From assembly GCA_965112155.1 (NCBI GenBank), contig OZ218099.1: DNA of 64,000 nt. One strand, written 5' to 3'. Numbering within the stretch: the stretch's first letter is position 1; each line of letters starts with the position of its first letter. The translations under genes and the position numbers were made by a program. This stretch comes from Podarcis liolepis. Taxonomy: Eukaryota. Shown here in pieces: positions 38,501 to 50,780 of this stretch. The notes under the pieces were generated by a model that was not told the origin of the DNA, did not search any database, and was given only the letters and a program-made list of their open reading frames with translations.

Positions 38501-40105
38501 ACCAGTTTTTTCAGGACAGGTGTTAAGCTACCCAGCCTGTAATTTCTAGGATTCCCCCTGAATCCCATTTTAAAAGTTAGTGTCACATTGGCTACTTTCG
38601 TCTTCAGGTGTGGAGGTTGATCTTTGGGACAATATGTTGGGATACTGCCAGGGAGATAACGTCCATCTGAGCCCCCAAGCCGGCTGCCGGACGTCCATCG
38701 ACCTCCCGTAGTTACGCAGTTACGCAGTATCAGCAATTAGGGGCACAAAGCCTTAGAAATAGATAGGCTGCATTCCTAGGCTGGTGCACCCTCTTTCAGC
38801 AGAAAACACAGCCAGAAAGCTTGCACCGCAGAAGAGCATAAGAGCATATTTATGCTGTAAAGTCTGCAAAAAAATGCATATTTACAGACTTTATTTAGCG
38901 TTGAACAGAACAAAGAAAAACATGACCGTTCTGAGTCAGCGTCTCTGTCCGACTGAGAAATCGAAAGGAAACATCAAACATAAACATCCTGTGAACAGGA
39001 CATGCGCAGACTCTGTGACTCACAAGCCTGCTCCCTTTTAAGGTGGAACGGAAATATCCTAACACAATATACAGTGGTACCTCAGGTTACAGACGTTTCA
39101 GGTTACAGATGCTTCAGGTTACAGACTCCGCTAACCCAGAAATAATACCTTGGGTTAAGAACTTTGCTTCAGGATGAGAACAGAAATTGTGTGGTGGCGG
39201 GAGGCCCAATTAGCTAAAGTGATACCTCAGGTTAAGAACAGTTTCAGGTTAAGAACAGACCTCTGGAACGAATTAAGTTCTTAACCCGAGGTACCACTGT
39301 ACATATTTTTATTAAGTCAGAAACTTCATATTTGAGTTGAGATTTCTTGAGTAGATTCAGACCCCAATTTGCCTCAATTCCTCAGACTTAATACAAAAGT
39401 TAATTTAGGCAAAAGTTAGTTCCCCACCATCATTTTTCCAACAGAGCAATATTTTCCCCAACTATATAACACAAGGTGAAATTAACATGCATCATATTTA
39501 AAGTGAAATATTGTTCTCTTCAGCCTCTGCATCCATCTAACCTTAAAGAGTTCTTTGCTATGAAGACAGTGTGTATTTAAAAACATCCAATAAAATGTGA
39601 ATATACAGCAGCAACTTTCAGCTGGGGTAATGTCCATGTTTTGGAATAGATGTAGGTGGAGGGTCATCCTTGAACCTTGGAAGTCAGAAGCAAACTATTT
39701 AAGATAGAGTGCTCTGTGTGTAACAGGCTTGCATGCTTTCCAGCACCACAATCAGTATTGGACACTGTTAAGAATGGAATGGCGAGACTAGGTGACTTGC
39801 CAGCAAGTGGTTCTTTACTGGGATACCTGAACTTACCATGTGGTGGCAAATTGGGCGGGGAATGCGAGAGAGAAGTATTAGAAGCCGTTTTAGTGTCTTT
39901 AATAACATTTCCTTTTCTCTCTGCCCATTTCAGGTGTGTGATCTGCATGCTGGATTTTGTATACGGAGACCCCATCCGGTTCTTGCCCTGCCTGCACATC
40001 TACCACGTTCACTGCATTGACGACTGGCTGATGCGATCATTCACCTGCCCTTCTTGCATGGAGCCAGTTGACGCTGCTCTTCTGTCCTCCTACGAGACTA
40101 ACTGA
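35156..40105 (+). CDS. RING finger protein 11-like (RNF11 paralogue), RING-H2 E3 ligase/adaptor, 3 exons, 157 aa
   Basis: Exons 35156-35287, 37834-38003 and 39934-40105 (474 nt, phases consistent). MGGC acylation motif, DDLSLL dileucine motif, PPPPY motif and a RING-H2 domain (CVIC...CLHIYH..C...CPSC) ending AALLSSYETN*, as in RNF11. Confidence 0.93.
37834..38003 (+). CDS. RNF11-like exon 2 (EHAPIPVYHPTPSQ...EKKIK)
   Basis: ttctag / gtatgt, 170 nt; absent from ORF track. Confidence 0.93.
38290..38600 (-). mobile_element. CR1 LINE RT fragment
   Basis: PRNYRLGSLTPVLKKLVESIVK and SGVPQELVLGPVLF motifs. Confidence 0.8.
38635..39064 (-). mobile_element. Solo LTR
   Basis: TGTTGGGATA...TATCCTAACA termini; exact 5-bp TSD caata; internal AATAAA on minus near 38890. 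Confidence 0.8.
39072..39299. mobile_element. Tc1/mariner(pogo)-type MITE
   Basis: TIRs CAGTGGTACCTC/GAGGTACCACTG; TA TSD. Confidence 0.85.
39934..40105 (+). CDS. RNF11-like exon 3 (RING-H2 domain)
   Basis: tttcag acceptor; TGA stop ends at 40105. Confidence 0.94.
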
Positions 40106-41343
40106 GGTGGCTGGGTGCCCTGCTCTTGTTAATGCTTCCAGGCTCTGGCTGTGTGGGGGGCTGGGATGTGGCACACACTTTTATTTGCACACTTCTGGGA
40201 TACACCAAAGATCCTATGGCAGAGAATCTGATCCCAGGCCTTGAGGACAACACAGAACCATTCTAGCTTGGCTGGCTGTGCTAAAGGCTGACTTGTGCCA
40301 TATTTGAGAATTGTAACCAGAGTAGGTGGAGACTGGGGGCGAAATGGCAAAGCAAGAATTGTCCTTTCACTCCACCCACAAATGCTGTTTTTTTCTTTTC
40401 TTTTCAAGATGATCAAGATTGTTCTTTAGGACTATTCTTACCCACATACCTGTTTAAATCCCCACTGAGTTATCAAGTACAGGCCTGGGGTGTTACATGG
40501 GAGGGGACTGCAACTCTTTGACCAAAAAGAGTTGTTTAAAGCTAACACTGGTTGCAAAGATCTTCTAATTTCAAATCCAGAAAAGGAGTTTTAGCATTGT
40601 CACATCAACTCTGGATGGTATGTGGCAGAGTCTGAAGTTTTGAGAAGTGTTTTTTTTTTTTTAAAGCATTTCTCCGTTACCCCACAAATGCTTCTTTTAA
40701 CCAGGTGGGAAACAAGCGTCTTTAAAGCTTGGCCGCTATTGAAATCTTACCCGGTAGCACTTGTGCTACAATGCACAAAACAAGTCTAAGGGGTTTGTCT
40801 CAGTTCTTTGTGGGGGCAATTTGGAGCAGTGACCTTGGCAGGGAGATTTGAGCTTGATTTCTGTAGTTGGAGTCAGAGTGCTTCTGTTTAAAGGTTCATG
40901 TTTCAACCAAGAGTGAACGATACATACTTTTCACTTCCTCTCTTCTGCTTGTAAAGATTTTAAGATGCTTTTAAGGTGAAGGAGACAGAAGAGTTATTTG
41001 TTAAATAACAGCTTTTTAGTAAGTTAGTGATGAAGTACAAAAGCCTCCTCTACAGATGGTGGGTTAAGGCATTCAAGTGCACTATTGTAAAGGGTAAAGA
41101 AACTGTTTGTTTGCCCAATGTTTACTCTGTTTGCCTTACACAAAATGAAGACTCGTGTCCCATAAGAAACTGCTAGCAATTAATGCCATGCAGCAAGCCC
41201 ACTATTTGGAAAGGCTTCCCTTAGTCATGCTGTTTATTGCCTTGCAAGTGGAGAGGCGTGAAAGTGCTTTTCTGATTATGCATTGTCCTTAACAAGGATC
41301 TAGCACTTGAAAGTAAAACTGATGTGTGTTGCATTCAAATGGA

Positions 41344-41349
41344 AATAAA
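41344..41349 (+). terminator. Probable polyadenylation signal of the RNF11-like gene
   Basis: First AATAAA I found after the stop, about 1.25 kb downstream. Confidence 0.55.
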
Positions 41350-42093
41350 ATAGATTGCATATAATCCCTTGTAGAAATAAGTATTTGGGCAAAGCGGACT
41401 GCTCATATCCCTTTTCTTCCATCACTCTTTCCAGCTAAAATGAATGTCAGCAGCACTTGACAAGGAGAATTATTCTACTGGTCAATCATCAGTGTTTCTT
41501 TTCTGTACTACCTTATGTCTTTTGCAAAAGATGGACTTGGTGGTTAGTCCATTTTTGATCAGGCATAATTTTAGAGTTGCAAGGTCCATGCTGAGACTTG
41601 GGCCCTTCCTCTTTCCTTATTGTCCCAGGAAAGGAATAGCAGCAGCTGATTTCTAAGCTACATCACAAACCACTTTTCAATAGCAGGATCCCAAGGGTGG
41701 TGAGCAGAGCAACAGCTGCAGCCCAGTTCCCTAGAGAGCTTTCTTGCCTTGAAGGAACAGCAACAACTAATAAGGAGCAGTGTAGTTGTTGTCTTAAAGG
41801 GATGACAGGAGATGGGAAATGGAGTAGAGCAGTAGATAAAATTCAAACTATGTTCCTGAAGGCTGCTTCTCCTGCAGTCACATCAGGGCCTGATTTGTAG
41901 CTGGTTTGCTACAAGTTTCATGTTTACCGTTGCAACTGTCATCTGAAGTATAAAGTGAGAAATACTTTCAACACATGCTTGCACCAAATAGCAGGGGAGA
42001 GAGGAATGTAGGAGTAGAAAAATAATAAGGCAGGGATGACATTTTTAAAAACTCATTGTCTCCCCAAAGTTGGAGAGGCATCTCTAATTCAAT

Positions 42094-42453
42094 GGTAAAG
42101 GTAAAGGGACCCCTGACCGTAAAGTCCAGTCGCGAACGACTCTGGGGTTGTGGCGCTCATCTCGCTTTACTGGCTGAGGGAGCTGGCATTTGTCCGCAGA
42201 CAGCTTCTGGGTCATGTGGCCAGCATGACTAAGCTGCTTCTGGCAAACTAGAGCAGCACACAGAAACGCCGTTTACCTTCCCACTGGAGCAGTACCTATT
42301 TATCTACGTGCACTTTGACGTGCTTTCGAACTGCTAGGTTAGGAGCTGGGACCGAGCAATGGAAGCTCATCCCGTCGTGGGGATTTGAACCGCCGACCTT
42401 CTGATTGGCAGGCCCTAGGCTCTGTGGTTTAGACCACAGCGCCACCCGCGTCC
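42094..42453 (-). mobile_element. Sauria SINE (Squam1), full length
   Basis: Head GGACGCGGGTGGCGCTGTGG on minus; repeated ACCTTT tail. Confidence 0.9.
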
Positions 42454-43797
42454 AGTGAGACAGTTAAGTAATTTTAGATTCTGAACTTAATGGTCTTATG
42501 GGGGCTCCACTCTTTAGATGGTAAAGCACATTACTTACCTATTCAAAAATGTGGCAAGCCAGCTGTACTACCTTTGGGGGCTCTCCTGTTGAATAGGCCC
42601 CAAGATTCCTGCCCCAAAATCCTCCTGGGGAAGCACCACTACACTAATGAAAAGTATCAAGTACTGGTGAAGCCCTCTGCCCAAAGCTCTGAGGAGCCAC
42701 CATCAGTCAGACAGTACTGAACAAGACATGCTACTAGCCTGACTGTATAAGGCAGCTTCGTATGTAAAGATGGTTCACTGTGGAGTGAGCAACAGCACCC
42801 TGAGTTCCATTTGGCCTGATACACCCACTAGCATCAATCAAAGGGATGTCTAATGCACACCTGAAGACTAGCTGGAGTGGAAACAAAGTTGTTCTGCTGG
42901 CAACTGGGTATAGGGCCTCAAGCAACTGAAAAGAGGTAAGTGATCAAAGTTCTGGCTGGGGCAATAAACCAGGTCAGTACAACATCTAGCAGAAATGATA
43001 CTTTCAAATAAATTTCACAGTGCACAAAAATATACAGTATGGGTTATCTATCATTGTGTTTTGAAAAGAACAAGCAGCAACAACTAGAAATAAAGATGAA
43101 TATATCATGCAACTGTTGTAACCGCAATGAATGTGAAGCTATATTTTCATACCCCAGCTATTATTAGCTCATTCTTTAACCACATATTTTCCAGAATAGT
43201 GAATGAACAGTCTATGAATCTTGACCTCTGGAAATGTTCCCTAGCAAAGTGCAATTACACCATCACCAGATGCATAAAGTTATCTTAAGCTAAAAAATAT
43301 GTTTATATCCTGTACTTACTATGAAGAGTTCAAGGAGTGTACATAGTTTGCCTTTCCCCCATTTTATCCTTGTAGCCTGTTAAACTGAAAGAAAGTGATT
43401 GGCCCATGGTCATCCAATGAGCTTCATGATCAAATGGGGATTTGAATGTTCATCTTCCAAGCCCCAGGTCCAGCACTCTCAACCACTATATCACATTGGA
43501 GTCCACATGCATGTGATAGGAGAGGGAGAACTATTAGCAGTGTAGTTAGTCTAGTTTGTGCCTTTTAGAATTTCCTATGTTAAAACTTAAATACATAAAA
43601 ATCATTAGTGAATATTCACAAAGCAGTGATGAGTCACTATTGATTTTACATACATTAATTTTTAACAAAAATTTTAATGTCTCTTGCATTTTATATCCTC
43701 CTAACTCCACTACCAATGTCTGTGCATAAAATTAAAAACATAACACTTCTTGCATATGATCATGTACTTTAGTCCACAAATGCACATACCACTAATG

Positions 43798-43869
43798 TAT
43801 TTGTTAAGTCTTCAAGGTGCCACATATTTACTGTTTTTGCTGCAACAGAGTAGCATGATTACCTCTGAA
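43798..43869 (+). mobile_element. Old Penelope-like terminal fragment
   Basis: gtcttcaaggtgcc...cagagtagcatgattacct resembles the 3' part of the 59776 element. Confidence 0.45.
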
Positions 43870-44141
43870 AGGTACTTACACAGCCATAGGTTATACAGGC
43901 AACTCCCCATTTGCACAGGGGTTGCGTTCTTGGCATTTGCACTCTTCAGAGAAGTGCGCATAAGCCCACCCTGTCCCCATTCCACCCTCTACTGGGTCCA
44001 AAACAACCCATCTGCTGGCCGTCACTTTTCAATTGACTACACGCAAACAGGTCCACTACCTGTATAAGTAAAAATACCTTTTATCATAAAAAAGAAATAG
44101 GAAACAAGACAAAGCTAGCGAATCAATATCCACAACAGAAT

Positions 44142-44147
44142 TTTATT
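44142..44147 (-). terminator. Probable polyadenylation signal of TRIR
   Basis: AATAAA on minus followed by a GU/U-rich tract (ctttgtcttgtttcctatttc). Confidence 0.55.
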
Positions 44148-46254
44148 TTAAAAAGCTAGTAGTAAGAATGATTATCAGTGCTCTAAGCCAGGTTGTGGTC
44201 AAAAGCAATAAAGGAGTCTGATCTAGTGTAGAACAAGGAAGCAAACTGCCACCACTTTATAACAGGTGTGTAACCAGATACCAGTGAAGTATTTAACCCT
44301 TCCAAGTTGCTTCAGGCTTTAAACAGTAAAGTCTCATATATGACCACCCCGAGCCCCTTTCAGACACTACCTCAAACGGAATATAGCAGGTGGTGATGTC
44401 TTCCAGCCCTTTCCCAAATCTCTACCTATTCAGGTCTGAAATAGTGTTTGACATGCATACGGTCATATGTATGAAAGTTTCTGCCACATGATTAGGTTTC
44501 CTAATCACACTGAAGAGCCTACACACATATAGATGTACACACCCCATCTAGATCTTCTGCTGAATAAAGGTCTGAACAGGACTCCAGTCAGCTGAGATTC
44601 CAGCAAGTGTACATAACTAATTAAACAAGAGTGTTAGGTTGTACCCAACAGAATCATTGTATTAGCAGAATGACTTCTGCTCACACCATGGAACTTCCAC
44701 TCCCTTTCCTGCCTCTACCACCCTCCCAAAATCTGCTTTGAGATTTCCCCCAAACATCCAAAGCAGATTTGGGGGTTGCAGACAGGATTCAATCCAGTAT
44801 TTCCTCCACTTCCCATGTCCTACACAACCATCAGAGTGTTCTGATTGGTAGAAAGCAGTGACCTTTTCCACAGAGAGGGCATTTATATATGAAACATTTG
44901 GCCTAAAGGCTGTTCAATAACATAACACACACCCTTTAGGCCTCTCCTAGATGAGAATATAAAACTTCAGCTGGTTTTCCTTCAGCTTAAAAATCTTCTG
45001 CAAGTATGTTTTGCATTGAGCAGAAGTTGGGTATTTCATATCTGTTCTCTGACACAAAGCGCCTGTTCCATGAAAAGGAAATGGCACAAATGGAGTAAGA
45101 TTCAAACATAAGCCCAACTGCACCCTCAACACAAAAATTTGGGGCTATAAATTATCCTAGAAAAGGTCTTGTTTGTATTCTCATTTCTTGACATTCCAAC
45201 TGCTAAGAATGTACCCGAGGCCTTTCTATGAAGTTGTCATCCCCAGTTACTCTCAGTGACAGAACTCACATCACTGCAGAAACTATCTGAGTTTCAGCTT
45301 TAATACACTACTTCACTGAAAGTATAAGGAGTCTAAATGGAGAATAAAAAAAGAGAAACATAGGCTCCCATGCACACAGCAAACAACTGCTAGACAAACA
45401 GCCTTTCTCAAAGAACTCTGGCCACAAAGCCCAGGACTGGAACAGAGGGGCTAGTCAAAGGCTAGAATCATGATATCTGGAAATTCCATTTGACCCAGAG
45501 CACGTTTGTTGTAATTTTAGCCAATTTTTCTCCTAATATTGGGTTTAAGTGCAGACCAAGTTTCTACCTTCTTAGCTAAGAGATAGGCACAACATAATCC
45601 GCAGTGCTAAATTGGAGCATGCATAGCAGAAGGCAAGGAATGAGCTTAAGCAGCAGCAACTGGAATTCAGAATAAAACCACATAGCGCACTGTATTGTAC
45701 AGTGAAATGGAGAGGAAAAAACAGAAGCAGAAATGCACCCACAGAATTGTCAGATACTAAGCATACCAAGGAACTCAGCACTGGTCACCTTTTCTGGAAT
45801 TACTGCTGTCTGCAATGCGGATTTGGAAATTGTGACCACGTGTTAAGTTCATCTTCAACAGAAACAGATAATGCATTTGGCAAAACGGATCCATTTAGCT
45901 CATCCCATTGTGGAAACTTGAGGAGTACTGGAAGTGTTAAGCAAAGGTTTAATGCTAAAGATTTTGTGGGCATGGTATGTTGCCTGGTGATTCAGGGAAA
46001 GACATATCAGACCAATTCCACTATTTTGGGGATTACAAATTAAAAAATCCTGCAACTAAGTCAAAGTTCTTAGTTCTCAGAAGAAAGAAGATAACAATAA
46101 ATGAACCAATGAAGGAGGCTCTAAATTCCCAGATATAAAAGCATGGCAAGTCACCTGCTGCCATGGCAGCATTCAGTCTGTGGGGCAGAGCTACTCTCCT
46201 TTGACGTTTTAAATAATTATGTACATCAGAGAAAGTCCAAGCTGGAGATGAGAG

Positions 46255-46362
46255 TTATTTCACCAAAGGTCGGGTTTTATCATCATCACTGCACTGGTGG
46301 GCTTTGTATTTTTTCACTTCAGCCATATATTTGGCCCACGCATCACCTTTACTTGTCAAAAC
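46255..46362 (-). CDS. TRIR: TRIR exon 3
   Basis: tgtag acceptor; TAA stop at 46257-46255. Confidence 0.94.
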   Translation of the reverse strand, partial: VLTSKGDAWAKYMAEVKKYKAHQCSDDDKTRPLVK

Positions 46363-49300
46363 CTACAAACAAAACAGGAGAGGCAAAATGAAATGTTACA
46401 TATCTCATTTTATTCAGAAGCATACCATATACAGAAAACATTAACTCTCAAAAAACAATGGCATAAACCTAACCATCTAACTAGGAGTCTGTGGGTTGTA
46501 TTGTACTAGGGAGCCCCAGGTTCAAATTCTTGCTCAGCTATAAACCTCACAGTATGACACTGGGGTAGTAAACATCTCTTTAGTCTAACCTACCACATAA
46601 TATTGTGAAGACAAAGGGAGGATAACCCCGGGTACTTGATCTGCCATTATCTCATTGGAATTAAAAGCACTGAGTCATAGTGCTGCTGTAACAGACGTTC
46701 CCATCTTCTCCTTTCTAGTCCTCACAAGGACCCTCTGCAGCAGATTTTGAAGGTGCATGCGAGAAGGATGGGAGTCCTATTATGCAAGAGGAACTCTGTA
46801 CATGCAGCATTTGAAACAACCCTGTTTACAAAAATGAAATAGACAGGGAAGCGTAACACTTAACCAGGAAATATCAGTTCTTCAGTTCACTTGACAAGCA
46901 CCTTTCCTACTAAGGAAGAACACAAGCTTCCAGCTTCATTGCTATTATCACAACTGAAGCAGGAACAAGAAATAAAGTACTCTTCTGCTGCTCCTGTAGA
47001 CCTATATAGCAGTTTTTCATTGAAGGGCTGCCACTGCCGTTATTGCAGAGTTCATATTCTTTCTGTGGGTTGTCTCTTTCTCTCTCCCTCCCCATACATA
47101 CACAAATTAAAGCAACCTGCCCCTGAGATTCTAGAAGAGGCCAAAAATCATTCTTCTACAAATTTTCTCACACTCCAAAGATGGCCATTTCCCTAAAGAT
47201 GGAAGGTCAACATCAGTGCCAAACTTATATAGCATGAGGGAGAAGAGTATTAGCTTCAACTTCCATTCCTGCTGAAATGGAAGCAAAAGCATTGCTGCCC
47301 CATGGGCTGTCAAGCTGACATAAATGAGGTTCATGCTAACTTACCTCATCCTCTGTCTTTTGTTTCTTGGCTACCACTCCTGTCTTCAGGGCTAGCTTGC
47401 TGCCCCCTCTCCGCTTGCCCACCTGGGTGAAGGGACAGAAGACTGCAACCGTTATACGAGCCTGGGAGCTGCAAGGGGAATGTTGCCCACTATATAACGG
47501 TATAGGGAGTCCTTCAATTAGATCATCTTAGCTCGCCATCACACCTGTCAGTCAGTACAGAGCTGCCGAGCGTTACCTACACCGTTGTGCTAGGAGGGTA
47601 AAAGGGCACCTTAGCAGTGTTCACCAATACATCTGTACAGATTAGCCCAAACATTAAAAGACACATTTTATAAAAAAATGAAGTATTCTGAATGCTTTCC
47701 AGGCTCAATGTCCATTAGAAAATAGGATCAACACTGAACTTCCACTCACATTCCCCTAAAACATCACAACATACATGAAACTGTTTGATTTCCTAATAAT
47801 TACAAGGGCAATCAAGTTGGCAGAGTCAGTCTTATTCCTGTCTAGGGAGGGGCTGTGTGCTACTGTCATTCTATAAATCTGTATAATCTCCATAAAACAA
47901 AAAATGGATTTCTAAGAGCAGCTCGAGGCTTAAGATATGAAATGTCAGCTTTCATTTTGAAAAAAACAAGCTTGAAAACAGATGGGGTCCTTCTGCTAAA
48001 AACTAAGGAACGAGAGCAGGGTTTCAATGTCCACTATCAGCACCCTGCTCACATCATGAAATTCCTGTAGTAAATGCCCCTTATGCTCTTCCTATTCATA
48101 GCGCCAGTAATGCCATATGACCAAATGTATGCTCCATCTCCAAGAATACTCTATCTAGTGACTCCAGGTTTCATAAGACTGAAAGGGAAAAAATACTAAT
48201 TTTGTTACTCTTAGGCTGCAATTCCATACACAATAACCTGGTATTAATTCCCACTGAACTCAACAGCTTATTTTTTAGTAAACACAGAGCACCTTATTGT
48301 TATTCTATTCTGAGCAGCCTCCCCTTTTCTATAACAGGCTATGTTATTAATGCTAAACCAATAGAGAATACAATTACATTTGCATTCTTCTCTATCCAGC
48401 TGCGAACCAAATAGCAGCTTACTTCAGAATTATCACACCAATACGGATGTTTAACGGATTTCATTCTGTTGTAAGCATGATACTATCTATGCAGAAAAAC
48501 TTCCATATGCTAGACAAAAGCCCCATTTACTTGCAACAGCTGTTTAAAGCAGGGGAAACTCCTGGTTTGCTTTAAGAAAAAGGGCCTAGTTTATCTTAAT
48601 ACACCTCAGTTCCTTTGTTTTCATATAATGCCTGTATCAGTCTCTATCAGATGGTTCTCCAAAACACAACTAAATCAAAGCATTATGTTGTGGTATTTTA
48701 CTTGCAGTTCACAGGATGGCCTTCTAGATCTACTACTTCCAATTTGAATCTCTATTACACACATCAGGATTGACACTTTTAGTTTCTCAGAAGGAGGCAG
48801 AAAAGAGAATGTTTATCCAATTATTTATTTTGCACCTTGCACTTTTACCTGTCCCAAGTTAAGATTCAGTAGGGTTTTTTTTTAAAAAAAGTCATAATTT
48901 TGTTGGATTATTTTGGCTGTGGCTACTGAATGGCTTTGATTTTTAGAAATGCACAGCAGCAGGTAGTTCTGTCATGGGGCAGGATTATTAAGAACCCCAA
49001 AATGCAAGCTTGGAACTTGAAGTTCACCCACTTGGAAATAAGGCACACTGAAATTAATGAGTTTTTGAGCAAATATGTTTATGGTCAGAGAATAAAAAGG
49101 ATTCTGATGTTTACTTTATAGACTGAGATTAGGACTAGTTAAGTAAAAATAGCCTCCCAACATTTATTGTGGACAGCACTTACAGAAGTATTCTAGAACT
49201 GGCTACTTTCAAGTCCACAATCAATATGAACAAACCCAGTAAAACATTAACTTGCACAGCAATGACATATGTCCACTATAGTATGCAACCACTGTCAACA

Positions 49301-50006
49301 GACATTTTAAAAAATTGCTTGCTGCATACACCTATGCTATATATTACCGGGGCGAGGGGGATCAGCACTAAATATCCATGTCCATCGGACTTAAATTTAT
49401 AACGTGAATTAAAGTGAGCTTTGAAAACCTTTGTCGAGAGCTCGGAGGAAGAAGAGAATTTAACAGTGCTCCTAGTAATATTATTCCGCTACCGTAACAA
49501 AAATACTGGGGGGAGGAGAAGAGATAACATTTTACAGGGGTGAGGAAGTGCTTCACCCGTTGAACTTCTGCCTGCCAAGCACCTATTAAGGGCACACGCG
49601 ACCATGTCAGGAAAGGAGATGAAAACTGGCAGGCAGAAGGCGCCAGCCAGCGCCTCGGTCCTTTGGGGTCTGGGGAGGGCGGAGGCAGAAAGCGAAGAGG
49701 AGTAAGCCAAGGGAAAGGGAAGGAGGGGGTGTCAGGGCCCGGATCCCTTACGAAGCTGAGGGCGCTCCCGCTCCGCTTCTTTTCCGGCGGCTCCTGTTCC
49801 CCGGGCGGCTCCGGCCGAGACTCGGTCTCTCTCTGCTTTTCGGCCCCCGCTTTCCCCGCTCCCGGTCCGCTCCTCCCTCCCGCGGCGGCGGCCTCTTCCA
49901 TGCGCCGCTTGAAGAGCTCTAGGAAGGAGCCGTCGTTGGCGAACACGTTCACTCCGCCCGGCCCGGCCGCCTCGGAGCCTGGGCCCCTGCCTTGCGCCGC
50001 CGCCAT
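46255..50006 (-). CDS. TRIR: Telomerase RNA component interacting RNase (C19orf43), 3 exons, 146 aa
   Basis: Exons 49752-50006, 47345-47422 and 46255-46362 (441 nt). Conserved motifs NVFANDGSFLELFKR, VGKRRGG.KLALKTG and DAWAKYMAEVKKYKAHQC.DDDKTRPLVK*. Head-to-head with GET3. Confidence 0.95.
47345..47422 (-). CDS. TRIR: TRIR exon 2
   Basis: cccag / gtaagt, 78 nt. Confidence 0.94.
49752..50006 (-). CDS. TRIR: TRIR exon 1
   Basis: aagATGG start; TTC|gtaagg donor; 85 codons. Confidence 0.92.
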
Positions 50007-50619
50007 CTTGCGCCGCCCTCCCTGCCTTGAGCGTACGCGCCCTGGAGCACGGTGGGGAGCGGTGACGAGGCCGGCGCCGCAAAGCACGACGGGAGAGGCG
50101 ACGTTGCTAGGCTGCCCACGCACGTCAAAAAAAAAGGAGAAGTATCGCAGACCGACCCGGCGCGTCCGCCCTGCGGGATACTGACAGGCCTTATGAGCCA
50201 ATCAAAAAAGATAACGAGCCGCAGCCTGGAGGAAATCGATGATGGAGTGAGCACTTTACCAATCAGAAACAGCGAGAGGCGGGCGTTTGGGGTGGGTGGG
50301 AGCTCCTTCAGAAAAGGGTTCAGGAGCCAATCAAGAAAGGAAGCTGCCGGCCAATAGGCTGAGATAAGACAAGTGTGGGCAAGACCATATCAGCCCCCTA
50401 GGAAGGGGTGCGATTACTGTGTTACTCAACCTTTTTGTGACGCACCGGTTTGAGCACCTTGTGTGATTGAAGGATCTGAAGAGCAGGCCGAGGTCGAGAA
50501 GGGTACTTGAGCGCCTTGCTTCCTGTTAAAGAGCGAAGGCGCTGAGCGGGGACAACCAATCTGAATCTCCCTACAAGATGGTGTAGCTCTGCATCTTGTC
50601 ACGTGATTTTGGTTTCAAG
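50007..50619. promoter_or_regulatory. Bidirectional CpG-island promoter shared by TRIR and GET3
   Basis: 613 nt between divergent ATGs. Five CCAAT boxes (50198, 50259, 50327, 50351, 50556); E-box GTCACGTGA near 50598; YY1 motifs over both start codons. Confidence 0.85.
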
Positions 50620-50780
50620 ATGGCGGCGGCGGCATCTGGGTTAGCGACTGAGGCGGATGAGTTCGAGGACGCACCAGATGTGGAGCCGCTGGAGCCGACA
50701 CTGAGCAACATCATCGAGCAGCGGAGCCTGAAATGGATTTTCGTCGGAGGGAAGGGTGGCGTTGGCAAGACCACCTGCAG
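50620..50780 (+). CDS. GET3: GET3 exon 1
   Basis: aagATGG start; AG|gtgagt donor. Confidence 0.95.

Noticed and set aside
49368-50201. 277-aa ORF as a long TRIR isoform
   Set aside because: The extension lies in the promoter among CCAAT boxes and in intron 1; the conserved start has a strong Kozak context at 50006
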